NCBI RefSeq assembly: GCF_041956535.1
Contig: NW_027192195.1
Span: 1,020,287-1,084,286 of the forward strand
Direction: 5' to 3'
DNA length: 64,000 bases
Source of the DNA: Calcarisporiella thermophila CBS 279.70
Taxonomy: Eukaryota; Fungi; Calcarisporiellomycota
The notes under the pieces: model-generated
What the model was told of the DNA's origin: nothing
Seen by the model: the letters and a program-made list of their open reading frames with translations, nothing else
The model's database searches: none
Shown: positions 38,834-50,239 of the stretch, piece after piece
How the letters are laid out: each line of letters begins with the position of its first letter
Position numbering within the stretch: the stretch's first letter is position 1
Program-made: the position numbers and the translations under genes

Positions 38834-40645
38834 ATGTTATCCCTCACAAGACCCCTTGCAAGCCTTGCGCAGCGCAGTCTGTTGCATTCGCGCGCCGCCG
38901 CTGCCACCAAGACCACCACCGCCGCCGCCGCCTTTCGCGCGCGGCGCCCCCTCCCGCCCACACTATACCGCGGCTTCATTACACATAAGGGTGCCGCGCT
39001 CTCCAGCGTTGGGGCCGGGCAGCTCCACCAGCACCAGCACCACCAGCACACGAAAATTGAGGAGGAGCTGCATCAGAAGGCTCACATCGACTACGACAAG
39101 GTCAGCATTATCTGGAATCCATCCGTGCCGGTGCTCATTGAGCATGCGGTGGAGTTCGAGCCTGGGACGGTGCTGTCGTCGACAGGGGCGCTGTGTACGA
39201 GCTCTGGGCACAAGACGGGGCGGTCGCCCAAGGACAAGCGCATCGTGGAGGAGCCCGATTCGGCGGGCGACATCTGGTGGGGCCCCGTGAACACGAAGCT
39301 GTCGGACCACGTGTTCATGATCAACCGGGAGCGCGCGATCGACTACCTCAACACGCGGGACCGGCTCTACGTGTTCGACGGGTTCGCCGGGTGGGATCCC
39401 GAGCACCGCCTGAAGATCCGCGTGGTGAGCTCGCGCGCGTACCACTGCCTCTTCATGCGCAACATGCTGATCCGCCCCACGGAGAAGGAGCTCGAGAGCT
39501 TCGGGGAGCCGGACTTCACGATCTACAACGCGGGCGCGTTCCCCGCCAACCGGTACACCACCGGCATGACGTCCACCACGTCCGTGGCCATCGACTTCAA
39601 GCGGCGCGAGATGGTCATCCTCGGGACGGAGTACGCGGGCGAGATGAAGAAGGGCGTGTTCACGGTGATGCACTACCTGATGCCGAAGGCGGGCGTGCTG
39701 TCGCTGCACACCTCCGCGAACGAGGGCCCCAAGGGCGACGTCACGTTGTTCTTCGGCCTGTCGGGCACGGGCAAGACCACGCTGTCGGCCGACCCCAACC
39801 GCAGCCTCATCGGCGACGATGAGCACTGCTGGTCCGACCGCGGCATCTTCAACATCGAGGGCGGCTGCTACGCCAAGTGCATCGACCTGTCGCCCGAGAA
39901 GGAGCCGCAGATCTACGACGCGATCCGGTTCGGCAGCGTGCTGGAGAACGTGGTGTGCGACCCGGACACCCGCGTCGTCGACTACACCGACAAGTCCGTG
40001 ACGGAGAACACGCGCGCCGCCTACCCGATCGAGTACATCCCCAACGCCAAGATCCCGTGCGTGGGCGGGCACCCCAAGAACATCATCCTGCTGACGTGCG
40101 ACGCCTTCGGGGTGCTGCCGCCCGTCGCCAAGCTCGACCCCGCCCAGGTGATGTACCACTTCATCTCGGGCTACACCGCCAAGATGGCCGGCACGGAGGT
40201 GGGCGTGCTCGAGCCCGAGGCCACGTTCAGCGCCTGCTTCGGCCAGCCCTTCCTCGTCTGGCACCCCGCCAAGTACGCGCGGATGCTCGCGGAGAAGATG
40301 GCCCAGCACAGCGCCGACGCCTGGCTCATCTCCACGGGCTGGACGGGCGGCCCGTACGGGGTCGGGCAGCGCTTCTCGCTGCGCCACACCCGCGCCATCA
40401 TCGACGCCATCCACAGCGGCGCGCTCTCCCAGGCCGAGTACGAGCCCTTCCCCGTGTTCAACCTCCAGGTGCCGAAGGCGTGCCCCGGGGTCCCCAGCGA
40501 GATGCTCAACCCGATTCGCGCGTGGAAGGACCAGGGCGCGTTCCAGGCTCAGGTGCGCAAGCTCGCCGGCCTCTTCTCGAAGAACTTCGAGCGGTACCAG
40601 ACCGAGGCCTCGCAGGACGTCGTGAACGCGGGGCCAAAGTTCTAA
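38834..40645 (+). CDS. PCK1: Phosphoenolpyruvate carboxykinase (ATP) with an N-terminal extension
   Basis: [21 protein letters not shown]-loop [18 protein letters not shown] and [10 protein letters not shown]. Intronless. Confidence 0.97.
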   Translation: MLSLTRPLASLAQRSLLHSRAAAATKTTTAAAAFRARRPLPPTLYRGFITHKGAALSSVGAGQLHQHQHHQHTKIEEELHQKAHIDYDKVSIIWNPSVPVLIEHAVEFEPGTVLSSTGALCTSSGHKTGRSPKDKRIVEEPDSAGDIWWGPVNTKLSDHVFMINRERAIDYLNTRDRLYVFDGFAGWDPEHRLKIRVVSSRAYHCLFMRNMLIRPTEKELESFGEPDFTIYNAGAFPANRYTTGMTSTTSVAIDFKRREMVILGTEYAGEMKKGVFTVMHYLMPKAGVLSLHTSANEGPKGDVTLFFGLSGTGKTTLSADPNRSLIGDDEHCWSDRGIFNIEGGCYAKCIDLSPEKEPQIYDAIRFGSVLENVVCDPDTRVVDYTDKSVTENTRAAYPIEYIPNAKIPCVGGHPKNIILLTCDAFGVLPPVAKLDPAQVMYHFISGYTAKMAGTEVGVLEPEATFSACFGQPFLVWHPAKYARMLAEKMAQHSADAWLISTGWTGGPYGVGQRFSLRHTRAIIDAIHSGALSQAEYEPFPVFNLQVPKACPGVPSEMLNPIRAWKDQGAFQAQVRKLAGLFSKNFERYQTEASQDVVNAGPKF

Positions 40646-41572
40646 GTTGGAGGGGCGTGAGCCGGAGGTGACTCGCCCCCCCCCCCTTTTTTTTGGTTGT
40701 CTACCAGCTTGTTTGGCGGATCGCTTGAATGATGGTGTGTTTGTAACTATACGCTTCCTCTAAACGCGCTTCTTTTCTTCTTCTTCCTTTGTTCGACTCT
40801 CAATGGATACAGATTTTGCCTCCTTATTTTTATATATCGGTTTTGAGATATACAGAGGGAAGTGAATGGGGATGCATTGTGTTTTATTTTTGAGAAAATC
40901 ATGTCTTAGTAATAAAGAGCCACTTTATCTTCTTGGTCTCGAGTCTCCATGGAATGCAAGTTACTTTGCCACCTAGCTGGAAGCTTCTCCACATGACGGT
41001 GTCAGTTTCAACCGGACCCAAGTCAAGGCTATCGCAATGGTCTCGTGGTAGGGGAAAGCTTGGGGCAACGGTTTGGGGGGGGGGGGGAGGGGGGAGGAAT
41101 TGACGGAAGTTGCCTCGTCGCATACACTTTTCTGCGGACAGATCGATAAGATTCGAATAGACTCCTGTTTAGGGTTAGGAATTCTGTCCTTTGGCATGCA
41201 TAAGCAATTGAACCCCGCGTTATCAAATCAATCTAGCGGTAGGGTTATCCTTTGGCAATGATCCCACTAGCGTGGTAAGGACATCCGTTAGAAAATGGAC
41301 AAAAAAACATTGCCGCCCTTCCTTCCATTTATCTTTGTTATATAGTTATATAGTTATATAGTCGTGTTTTATTTTTTTTATTATTTTTTTTGGTCTTGAA
41401 ATCAGGATGTAGATTAGGAGAGAGATGCTGCGCCGCTTGGAAAGTCACGGAGTAGCAAGGCCTTGGGTTTTCTTGTCCCTTGGCAAACCTCCCATGATCT
41501 AGTTGAAATCCTGCCTCCTCTCACACTCACCCCCCTCTTATATTGTTAGTTATAGATCATCATTAATCTTGT

Positions 41573-43230
41573 ATGGGCGCTGCACTCAGTTTCATGGGAT
41601 TTGGCGCGGCCACGTCGGTGGTGACGTGGGCTGCAGCCTGCTTCTCGGGCGCTGCCTGCTCGCTCTTCACCAAGTCTTGCAACTGCAATAACTCGGTTGC
41701 GACCCGCGTAGGCTATGCCATCCTATTTCTTCTCAATTCAATGGTGAGGATCATCTTTCAGTTTGGCCCCGGCGATGCACAATACAGATAGGAGCAAGAC
41801 ATCGGATGCTAATGGGTTCTTTTTATATTAATCATGTTTAGCTGGCCTGGATCATGACATCGGACTGGGCCATCAAACAACTCCAACATATTACATACGA
41901 TTATCTCAAGCTCAATTGCCCATCGGGCGAATGCTATGGGCTCCTTGCGGTGCATCGCGTCTGCTTTGCCCTTACACTGTTCCATACCATTCTCGCCTGC
42001 ATCCTGATTGGGGTGCATGACAGCCGGAATAAGCGGGCTGCGATCCAGAACGGGTGGTGGGGTCCCAAGGTCCTCGCCTGGCTCTCGCTACTTGTGGTCA
42101 CGTTCTTCATCCCGCACGGATTCTTCAGCTTCTGGGGAAAATATGTGGCGCTGATCGGGGCGGCGGTGTTCATCCTATTCGGGCTGATTTTGCTGGTCGA
42201 CTTTGCGCACACCTGGACGGAGGGGTGCCTGGAGCGGTGGGAGATGGCCGAGAGCAACTTCTGGAAATATGTGCTCATCGGCGGCACCTTGTTCATGTAC
42301 CTTGGCGCCATCACGCTCACCGGCCTCATGTATGGGTTCTTCGCGGGGAGCGGGTGCCGGCTGAACCAGTTCTTCATCAGCCTGAACCTCGTCTTCGCGA
42401 TCCTCCTCACCGCCATGAGCGTCTTGCCCGCGGTGCAGGAGGTGAATCCGCGCTCGGGGCTGTCCCAGTCGGCGATCGTGATCATCTACTGCACCTACCT
42501 CGTGCTGAGCGCGGTGGTGAACGAGCCCAAGGACCCGAATGGGGGGTGCAACGGCTTTGACCAGCTGCATGGGTCGCGCACGACCTCCATCGTGCTCGGG
42601 GCGGTGTTCACGTTCCTGGCGATAGCGTACTCGACCTCGCGCGCGGCCACGCAGGGCAAGGCCCTCATCAGCTCGCCGTCTGGGGAGTACCAGCAGGTGG
42701 CGCAGGACAACGTGCCGCTGGTGAACAACCAGCAGCCCAGCGGCGTGAACGCGCGGCACGACGCCCTGGTGGCCGCGGTGGAGCGCGGGGCCCTGCCGGC
42801 CTCCGCCCTGCACGACGACGACGATGACGAGGACGAAACCGACGTGAAGGACGACGAGAAGCAAGGGTGCGCGTACAACTACTCCTTCTTCCACGGGATT
42901 TTCGCCATTGCGGCGATGTACGTGGCCATGCTGCTCACCAACTGGAACACCCTCGAGAGCGGCACGGAGGAGGACCTGGTGCGCGTGGGCCAGAGCTACG
43001 CGGCCATGTGGGTCAAGGTGGTGTCGAGCTGGATCTGCGTGGGGCTGTATGGGTGGACGCTGGTGGCGCCTCTGGTGATGCCCGACCGATTTTTGGTAAG
43101 TTGAAATGGAAATCGAGCCGTTGGCGTCTCCCTCTTTTCCACCCCTCACTATAAAGCTGTAGAAGATACCCTTGCTGACCTCTTTCTTTCTCTCTCCCCC
43201 CCAACTTTTTCGGTGCAGGAGTACTATTGA
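41573..43230 (+). CDS. TMS1: Serine incorporator (SERINC/TMS1) membrane protein
   Basis: MGAALS..CNCNNSVATRVGYA, RAAIQNGWWGPK, LILLVDFAH, NPRSGLSQS, YNYSFFH and WVKVVSSW. Confidence 0.95.
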
Positions 43231-43965
43231 ACCCGCGGTTGTCTCTCGTAGCTATTTCCGCAAGAATGGAGGACTCTTTTGTAAACCTTGAACCCCCTCT
43301 TCTCAGCACGTGTAGTTTTCTTTTTGTCCTATTTTTCATCTCTTTTCCCCCCTTGTAATACCTGCATGCCTATTGAAATTTATAAAGCGTTGAGCCACAG
43401 CACTCATCAAGGCGTAGCCCAGTCTCTATGTGGTGTGGAAGAGAGAGTTCTTAGGTGGGGGAGAGTGTAGATGGTTTGATCCCCTGACTGGGAATTCCCC
43501 TCCCTCAACCCTTCCTCCTCTCCCCTCATTGCTGCCCTTGTACTATTAAGTGGCATGCCAGAAAGTCAGGGAGAGCGAGTGAGGATGCCAGTAGGGTCTA
43601 TTTGAAAAGTCCGTTGGACTGATCGGTAACGAAAATAATCCTCCCGTTCATAAGTATTAAAATGGAATAAGCGCATTTTGAAATTGACTCCGAAATCAGG
43701 CATGTCATTGCCAATGTGCACTCCTCGCCGACCTCTTCATGGGAACAGCAGCCGGTTGGAACCTGTGGCCCATGATCGCCATTGTATTACCGTTGCTTTG
43801 ATGAATGCTCCATGTCGCCTCATCCGCTTCTTCCTGGTGGAGTCTCGAATGTGATGGTGAGCGAGAGTAGAAATGAAAACAGATTTATTATGTGACAAAG
43901 AACCTTGGGCCGGCCCCAATAGAATAGTAACAAACAAGATAAAAAATGAAAATGCGCAGACGTCT

Positions 43966-46741
43966 TCACTCGTCTTCATTGTCGTGGAACGCGTCCTCTA
44001 AGGCCACATCACTATCCGCCTTTTCCTCCGTACTCTCTTCCTCTCCGTCTCCATCGTTTGTCTCGTCATGGCTCTCCCCATTGCAGCCCGAATTTTTTGA
44101 TCGTCCCCGCCCACTCGAATTTTCTCCTCTCGACACTCCCTCTTCTAACTCTTCGTCATCGTCATCGTCGTCGTCGTCGTCATCCTCTTCGCCTCCTCGC
44201 TGTCTTTGGTTACTCCGACGCGAAAAGAAATTCGCTAACTCCCGCACTTCATCGATACCGATGAACATGGCTTCATCCTCGTCCGATGAATCCGATGCAT
44301 TGAGGTTATGCCACTCGAGCCCATCATTTTCTTCCTGGGCAAGCAGCATGTCGAAGAGCGCAAGTGTTCGTACATCTTCTCCCGAAGTCTCTCCCTCATC
44401 CGATGGAGGTGATTCATCGCCCATGAACATAATGAGGGGATTGAGAATACTATGGCGCATCTCGCGATTGGCGGGGAACCGCTGCCGAACATGGGCGGAG
44501 GAAGTGGAGGAGGAGGTTTCATCTAAAGTAAAGTCCAGTTGGGATGAAATGGAGCAAGAGAAGGATAAAAAAATGGGAAATTACCTTCATTCCCAAAGGG
44601 GAATATGGAATGCACCTTGATGATTTTTTCGACACCTAAGCGTATCCAAAATCAAGCAGTCAGTATCGCGGTGAACAAAACCAAAGCTTTGGAGGATGGG
44701 GGGATATAGAAAATAAAAGAGGATTTTACCACTTGAGAACAATAGGGGAAGGTGCGGGTGCCATCGGACTTGGTTCACCACCGATCGATGCCCTGTTAAA
44801 ACGGCAGAAAGAGAACCATGAGGCGCTTCTCAACTCCAACTCGCCACGGAGGAGCCACTCACCTGACAACACAAAGGCCGGGTCGCCCACGTTGACGGGA
44901 TGGTAGACCGATGTTTTGTCCGTGCTCTCATCCTTCCCCATGTACAGCACCTTGTCCACGGGGGGTCTTACAAATAGGTCGGCGGAGGAAGACGAGTGCG
45001 CATCGGAAGTAAACGTGGGCATCTCATCGAGCGACCGTGCGGGCCCGAGCAATTCAGGGACATTCCACGCATAGATTCTGAAATCATCGCTGCCACTGAG
45101 GAAGTACTCGTCGTCAGGACCGCCGAAATTTCCGTGCTACCGAGGGGGAATTAAAGGGCGCATGGATGCCTTTCGGGGTATTGCTCTGCTTACCTTGACG
45201 GTGCAGCTATTCTTGTACCCGTGCTTCCTGCTCATGGGACTCGAGAATATACATACCGGAGCGGGATCATTTGTGTTGTAGAGGGTGGGCTGAAATCGGT
45301 GGAGGCTAGCACACAGCCGTTTGCCGTCACGCGAAAAGCTCACCGAGGATACATCGGGAATCGTATACTGGTTGTTGTGAACGAGTTTGGTTGCATACTA
45401 AAGATGGAGAGGGAACAAAATTATAATTATAGGTAAGTAGGCGGCGGCGGATTCGCTCTGACTGGCGGATCAGCTGCACACTCACTCTCACGAGAATGCT
45501 CGAGTCGTCGTCTCGTGTGGGCCGCCTTGCCCTATTCTTCTTGAAGGACATCCGCAGATCTCGCAGCCTACCAGGCAGAAATTCAGCAACCAACTCATTC
45601 ACATCTCCAGATAGACACACGCATTACAAGATCTGGCCTTTTGCATCGCACGACACAAAGTGATTCGGGATGGTGGGATTAAACTGCACCCCGCACATTT
45701 CTGCCCCAAACCCGCGATACCGGTTGTAAAGGGTGTCCTGGCACATACTAGAGGAACAACGCAAATCCCAGAGTTTGATGGTACCTGTACGAGCCGGGGG
45801 AAGTGGAGGTATAAGTATCCACGTGCATATGATGTGGAGAACTGAAATATTCATTTACCATCCTGACTGTGGGATCAGGGATCGCCGGCAAAAAAATAAG
45901 TTGGTCAATACCATCTCTATACCGGAGAAGGAGCATAGGAAGTAGGAGTTTACCTGGCCGAGAGTAAGATGTCATCATTGTCCGGCGATATGCTCACTTC
46001 TTGTACCGACGCTTCGTGCTCCATCAAGACCTCGTTGGGGGTGGCCGCACCCTCAAGATCATAGCGAAGAATGAGGCCATCGTTGCCACAAGATATGATA
46101 TGCCGATTGCTATTATCGAAAACAATGCAGAATATGATGCTCTATCGTTTCCGATTAGAGAAAGATGAGAATTAAGAGTGGAGCCCCGGTGAGCAAAAAT
46201 GATGAAAGGCTCATTTCAATGTAATCATAGTCACCTGATGCCCACGAAAATGCTTAATCGGCTTGGCATTGGAGAGATCGCCATACATGTCCCAGAGCAA
46301 GCAGCGCTTATCTAACGGAGGAGAAGAAGGTGTAAGGTGTAAGGTCCAAGCAAGGTGATTCTGGAGAACAATGATTAATAGGAACCATCTCCGCCAGACA
46401 CCAGAAATTTCGCGTCTCCATGACTGAATCTATACGCGATAAACGGAATTAATGCATTTGAGGGAGAGCAGAGGCACTGAGCACAAGAGTAACCCACCCA
46501 AGGGTGTTCACACAGGAGTAGTGGCCCTTCATGTCCCTGCCAAATGAGATCAATAGAGAAATCATCAGAATCACGGCACTCCATGATTAGCCAAGAAGAC
46601 GAAGAAGGACACTTGCCGCCAGTGCTTAAACGGGCCGGAGTCGTGGATGAGGGCCTTGTAGACATGTTTGGTGGGCACGGAGTCGAGAGTTCGCCTGTGG
46701 ATCAGGCCTGGGATTTCGAGTCGTCGCCGCTTATTTGACAT
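43966..46741 (-). CDS. DCAF5: WD40 protein, DCAF5 (WDR22)-like CUL4-DDB1 substrate receptor (many exons)
   Basis: Spliced motifs DMKGHYSCVNTL, LVSGGD|DKRCLLW, LSASQDGTIKLWDLR, GYKNSCTVK|HGNF..SGSDDFRIYAW, GHRSVVNQVRW, SSG|VEKIIK and EDVRTLALFDML, then an acidic tail. Confidence 0.85.
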
Positions 46742-47509
46742 TATTGCCGGGTTTTAGCGCGCAGTTCATTAACAGATTTCGCCTATTTTGAGCTAAATTG
46801 GCGGGGGTAACCTGACAACCTAAGGAGTATGTGACTTCGCTCCCTCTATCGCATGAGATAATAATCTGGATAGCTGTCCTCCGGGCTCAGGAGGCGATGG
46901 TTTGGAGACGCTTCAGCCACCGCCGGTAGGCTCTCATGCCATTGGCCGTGGGAGAGGAGGGGGTGGGAAAAGGACGAAGCAGGAACAGCCATGGAGAAGA
47001 GCCTGTGATTGCGCTAGAAAACTGGAAGAGTAAATAGAAGCTTGGGGGCTGCCAGCGAACGGGTCACCGTGGACATTAGCGGGGTTCATGAGCACGGCGG
47101 GCAACGGCGGGCCGCCCGAATGCACCGCAGCTGTCTTGATGATCTAATCCAGGGAGCGCCGTCGTGGCCGAACACAAGCTTCGAGTCTAAAGGCAATCGA
47201 GGCCGGTCAAAGTTTTGCTGCAGTCATCATCTCCTTTTATGGAGGAGGCCAGCAAATCAAGGTCACGCGCCCCCACCTGTGCTGGCCCCAACTTTCTGTT
47301 TCTGCCCGCAGAACGAAATTAAGTAGGATTCTAAGTGTGCTTATTCTGAACGACTTTCTAAATCGCACAAGCTTGAAAACTCTCCTCTTTGCTTCTCCCC
47401 CTTTCCCTGCTTAGTTGCTGATAGTAGAATAGAATGTGCTCATGCTCGACTTTATCTGACTGCCTTCAGTTGTATTACTTGTTCTCGTGTAATTAATACT
47501 GAAAACATC

Positions 47510-48765
47510 ATGACGGTCGAAAGCCCGTTCTCTTATCTCTACCCCGCTGCAAGTGGCACAAGCGCCAGCGGCGGCGGCGATAATCACGACGGGAACTGTA
47601 GCAGCGGTGACTGCAGTAGTGTTCGTAGAGTAAGTCATGATCATTGGGTTGACCATAAGGATCAAGGCTCGAGAAAACTAACCCTGCTCCTCTCGACCTT
47701 TGACAGAAAAGTAACTCGATGACAGTAAACAAAACCTCATCCCGCCCGATCGACATTCCTAGTCCCAGCAGCATTCTTTCTTTTCTCTCGCCATTGTACA
47801 CCAAATCCCCACCTTCGCTGCCCCAGGTCCAAGACGACCCAATCTCCGTGTCAATGACATTCTACTACAGCAAGCCGCACCCCAGCTCCACCTCCTATCC
47901 CCCCCGACTCTCCGCGGAAATGCCGGCCCCGATTCCAGCTAGAAGCGCGAGTTTATTACAGAGAAAGCGCGTCCCAAGGATTAAGGACACCGCTTCTTCC
48001 CCGCCTTCACCTCCAATGACAAAAACCGAGAGGCTCTTTTATATGAGCGGAGAAGAAGCAGCACCTAGTGCAAGACGGTGTCCCCCTTTACTGCCCTCCC
48101 CTGTGGCATCTTCTCCCTTCTCCTTCGTCTCTTCCTCCTCTTGCTCCGCCTCTAGTGCAACCTCATCAACCTCCGCCCGAGAAGGAAGACTCTTCATTCT
48201 CGACCGAATGTACGCCTCCCATGATCCCACTACCCTCCACTACAACCCGATCCCGCCGCAGCTCTCGCAGCTCGACTTCCTGGCCCCCTCCGAAGAATAC
48301 GAAATCCCGCTCAACACCTTCAAGTATCATGAAACGCCCCTCGCGGAAGACAATACTCTCCGCGCGGCCGAGATCCTACGAGAAGCAAGAAGGCGGTTGC
48401 AGGAGCGGTCGGGTCTGCTGCTGGCAGTGTACCCGCCCCAATCCTCTCTTTTCTCGGAAAGTGTAGAGCGGCCGAGGGGCTATGATCCGCTTGTAAGAGA
48501 AGTGCGTGCAAACCCCGACTTTTTGCGGATGTTGTCGGCCGAGACAAGGATGATCCGAGCTCGGAAACTTCGATCGCCCCTAAAGATGCGGCACTATTTG
48601 CCGCGGAGGACGGATGGGTTCTTTCCCCGGCCGTCGCGGTTACGGCATGTGCTGGAGATCAATTGCTCCTTGGAGGGCGGGGGGGTGGAGGAGGAGGAGG
48701 GGTCAGAGGCATCGCGATATCGTGATGAAATGGAGGGGTTTTTTGGACACTTAGAGGAGCCGTGA
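47510..48765 (+). CDS. Ser/Pro-rich hypothetical protein with an ordered basic C-terminal segment
   Basis: Exon 47510-47629 splices in frame (GTAAGT..CAG, 47630-47706) into the 348-aa ORF. Confidence 0.7.
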
Positions 48766-49054
48766 AGGCCTCTTCTTTTCTGATTCAAATGCATTCCACT
48801 GTAGTATTATAGTTGTTGTGTTTTATTTTATTTTTGTGAGATCATGGCATTATTCCCATATTGGTTCAGCATTTGTTTCGGTTTTTCTCACTTATCAAAT
48901 AGAAGGATAATTTATAGGGTATTGTAATCGGGTTGAATCAAAGACGTGAGGGTGACAGGGTAATGGGGGGGGGGGGAATGAAAAGGTGGGAGATTAATAT
49001 ACATGGGATGAGTGCTGGAAGGGCTAGGAGGGGGCTGGGGAGGGCGTGTCCTGC

Positions 49055-49810
49055 TTATGGGCCTCGACTTTGGCTGGTTCCCTCCATTGGGTCCTCCGCA
49101 AGATCATCTACCGCGTCTATTCTCTCGCTTTGGGGGGTTTGACCTCTTTCCGCCAACCCTATATCGTTGCTGACCGACCGTCTTGAATCTCGCGACCTCC
49201 TCTCTCCTGAGACCGCATCCCCGTCGGGAAGACTCCTTCTATTCCTTGCTCTTGCCTCCGCCGCCACGCGCCTCTCGAGCTCTGTCCTTTTGTGCGCGCG
49301 ATACGCTCGCCATAGAATGGCCGTCCACACCCCAATTCCAGCCCAGCCCACCGCCGCACTGCTGACCAGCCCAATACAAAAGCCATGAGCCATTCTCAGT
49401 ATGCCCGCCGTCATGGGCGACTCTCTCTCGTATGCCTCAATTAGCTGCGCGTAGTGGGCGAGATTCGGGCGGCAGTCGAACTGGAAGAGAGGAGTGACGG
49501 TGGCATCGACGGCCACGCAAAACCAGAAGATCAGGAAAATGATCGAGAGCGCAAACTGCCATCGCGTGTTGGTCATCACGTGATGCAGAAGCCGGGGGCG
49601 GAGCGGGGTTGGCAGGATAACGGAGAGGGAGAGCGGAAGGGAGTACATCACCGTGAGGATGCCGATCACAAGAAGGAGATTGAGCGCGTCATGAGACACG
49701 CCGCTCCCGTACAAAAGAATGTGTATTGTGAGGACCGAGAATGCCAACAGGACAAGGCCGAGGAAAAAGGCGAGCGGAGGGAGAAGGGCGTGCAAGTAGT
49801 TTCTGTTCAT
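49055..49810 (-). CDS. Four-TM MARVEL-like membrane protein
   Basis: Four hydrophobic helices, two Cys in the last loop, a C..AAVGW motif and a charged C-terminal tail. Confidence 0.7.
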   Translation of the reverse strand: MNRNYLHALLPPLAFFLGLVLLAFSVLTIHILLYGSGVSHDALNLLLVIGILTVMYSLPLSLSVILPTPLRPRLLHHVMTNTRWQFALSIIFLIFWFCVAVDATVTPLFQFDCRPNLAHYAQLIEAYERESPMTAGILRMAHGFCIGLVSSAAVGWAGIGVWTAILWRAYRAHKRTELERRVAAEARARNRRSLPDGDAVSGERRSRDSRRSVSNDIGLAERGQTPQSERIDAVDDLAEDPMEGTSQSRGP

Positions 49811-50239
49811 GATGGGTGCTAGCCCGGATGGTCGGATGGTAGGCTCTCTGAACTCTATACCCACAAAACCTGTAAACCAGCTTTGCCACCCTTCATGCAA
49901 GGTGTTCTCTATGCCTTTTCTGCATTTTTCATGCCTCTTCTCCCACTTAGATTCTGCTGTTTTACTTGGTTTCCAGGAAAAAATAACGGAAATGAAATAA
50001 TAAAAGTAGACGGTATAGGGAAGTAGGAAGGGTTTAAGAATGAAGGGTAACAAACCAGACCGAACAGCTAGATATAGATATAGATGTAGATAATAAAAAA
50101 CAAGTATCAAGCCATTTTCCCCTCCCTCCTCTCCTTTTCCTTCATTGCTATCACAAACAAAATAGATCCTTTTCTTTTTTTTTTTGAACTGCTCCCTAAA
50201 CTAATGAACAAGGCTGGCCTCCAACCTCCTAGGTGCTAC

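Noticed and set aside
38963-40414. 483-aa minus-strand ORF and several off-frame plus-strand ORFs
   Set aside because: Shadows of the GC3-rich PCK1 gene.
42175-43149. 324-aa minus-strand ORF (likewise 29601-30539 and 36446-37474)
   Set aside because: Antisense shadows of the SERINC, RAD2 and homeobox genes.
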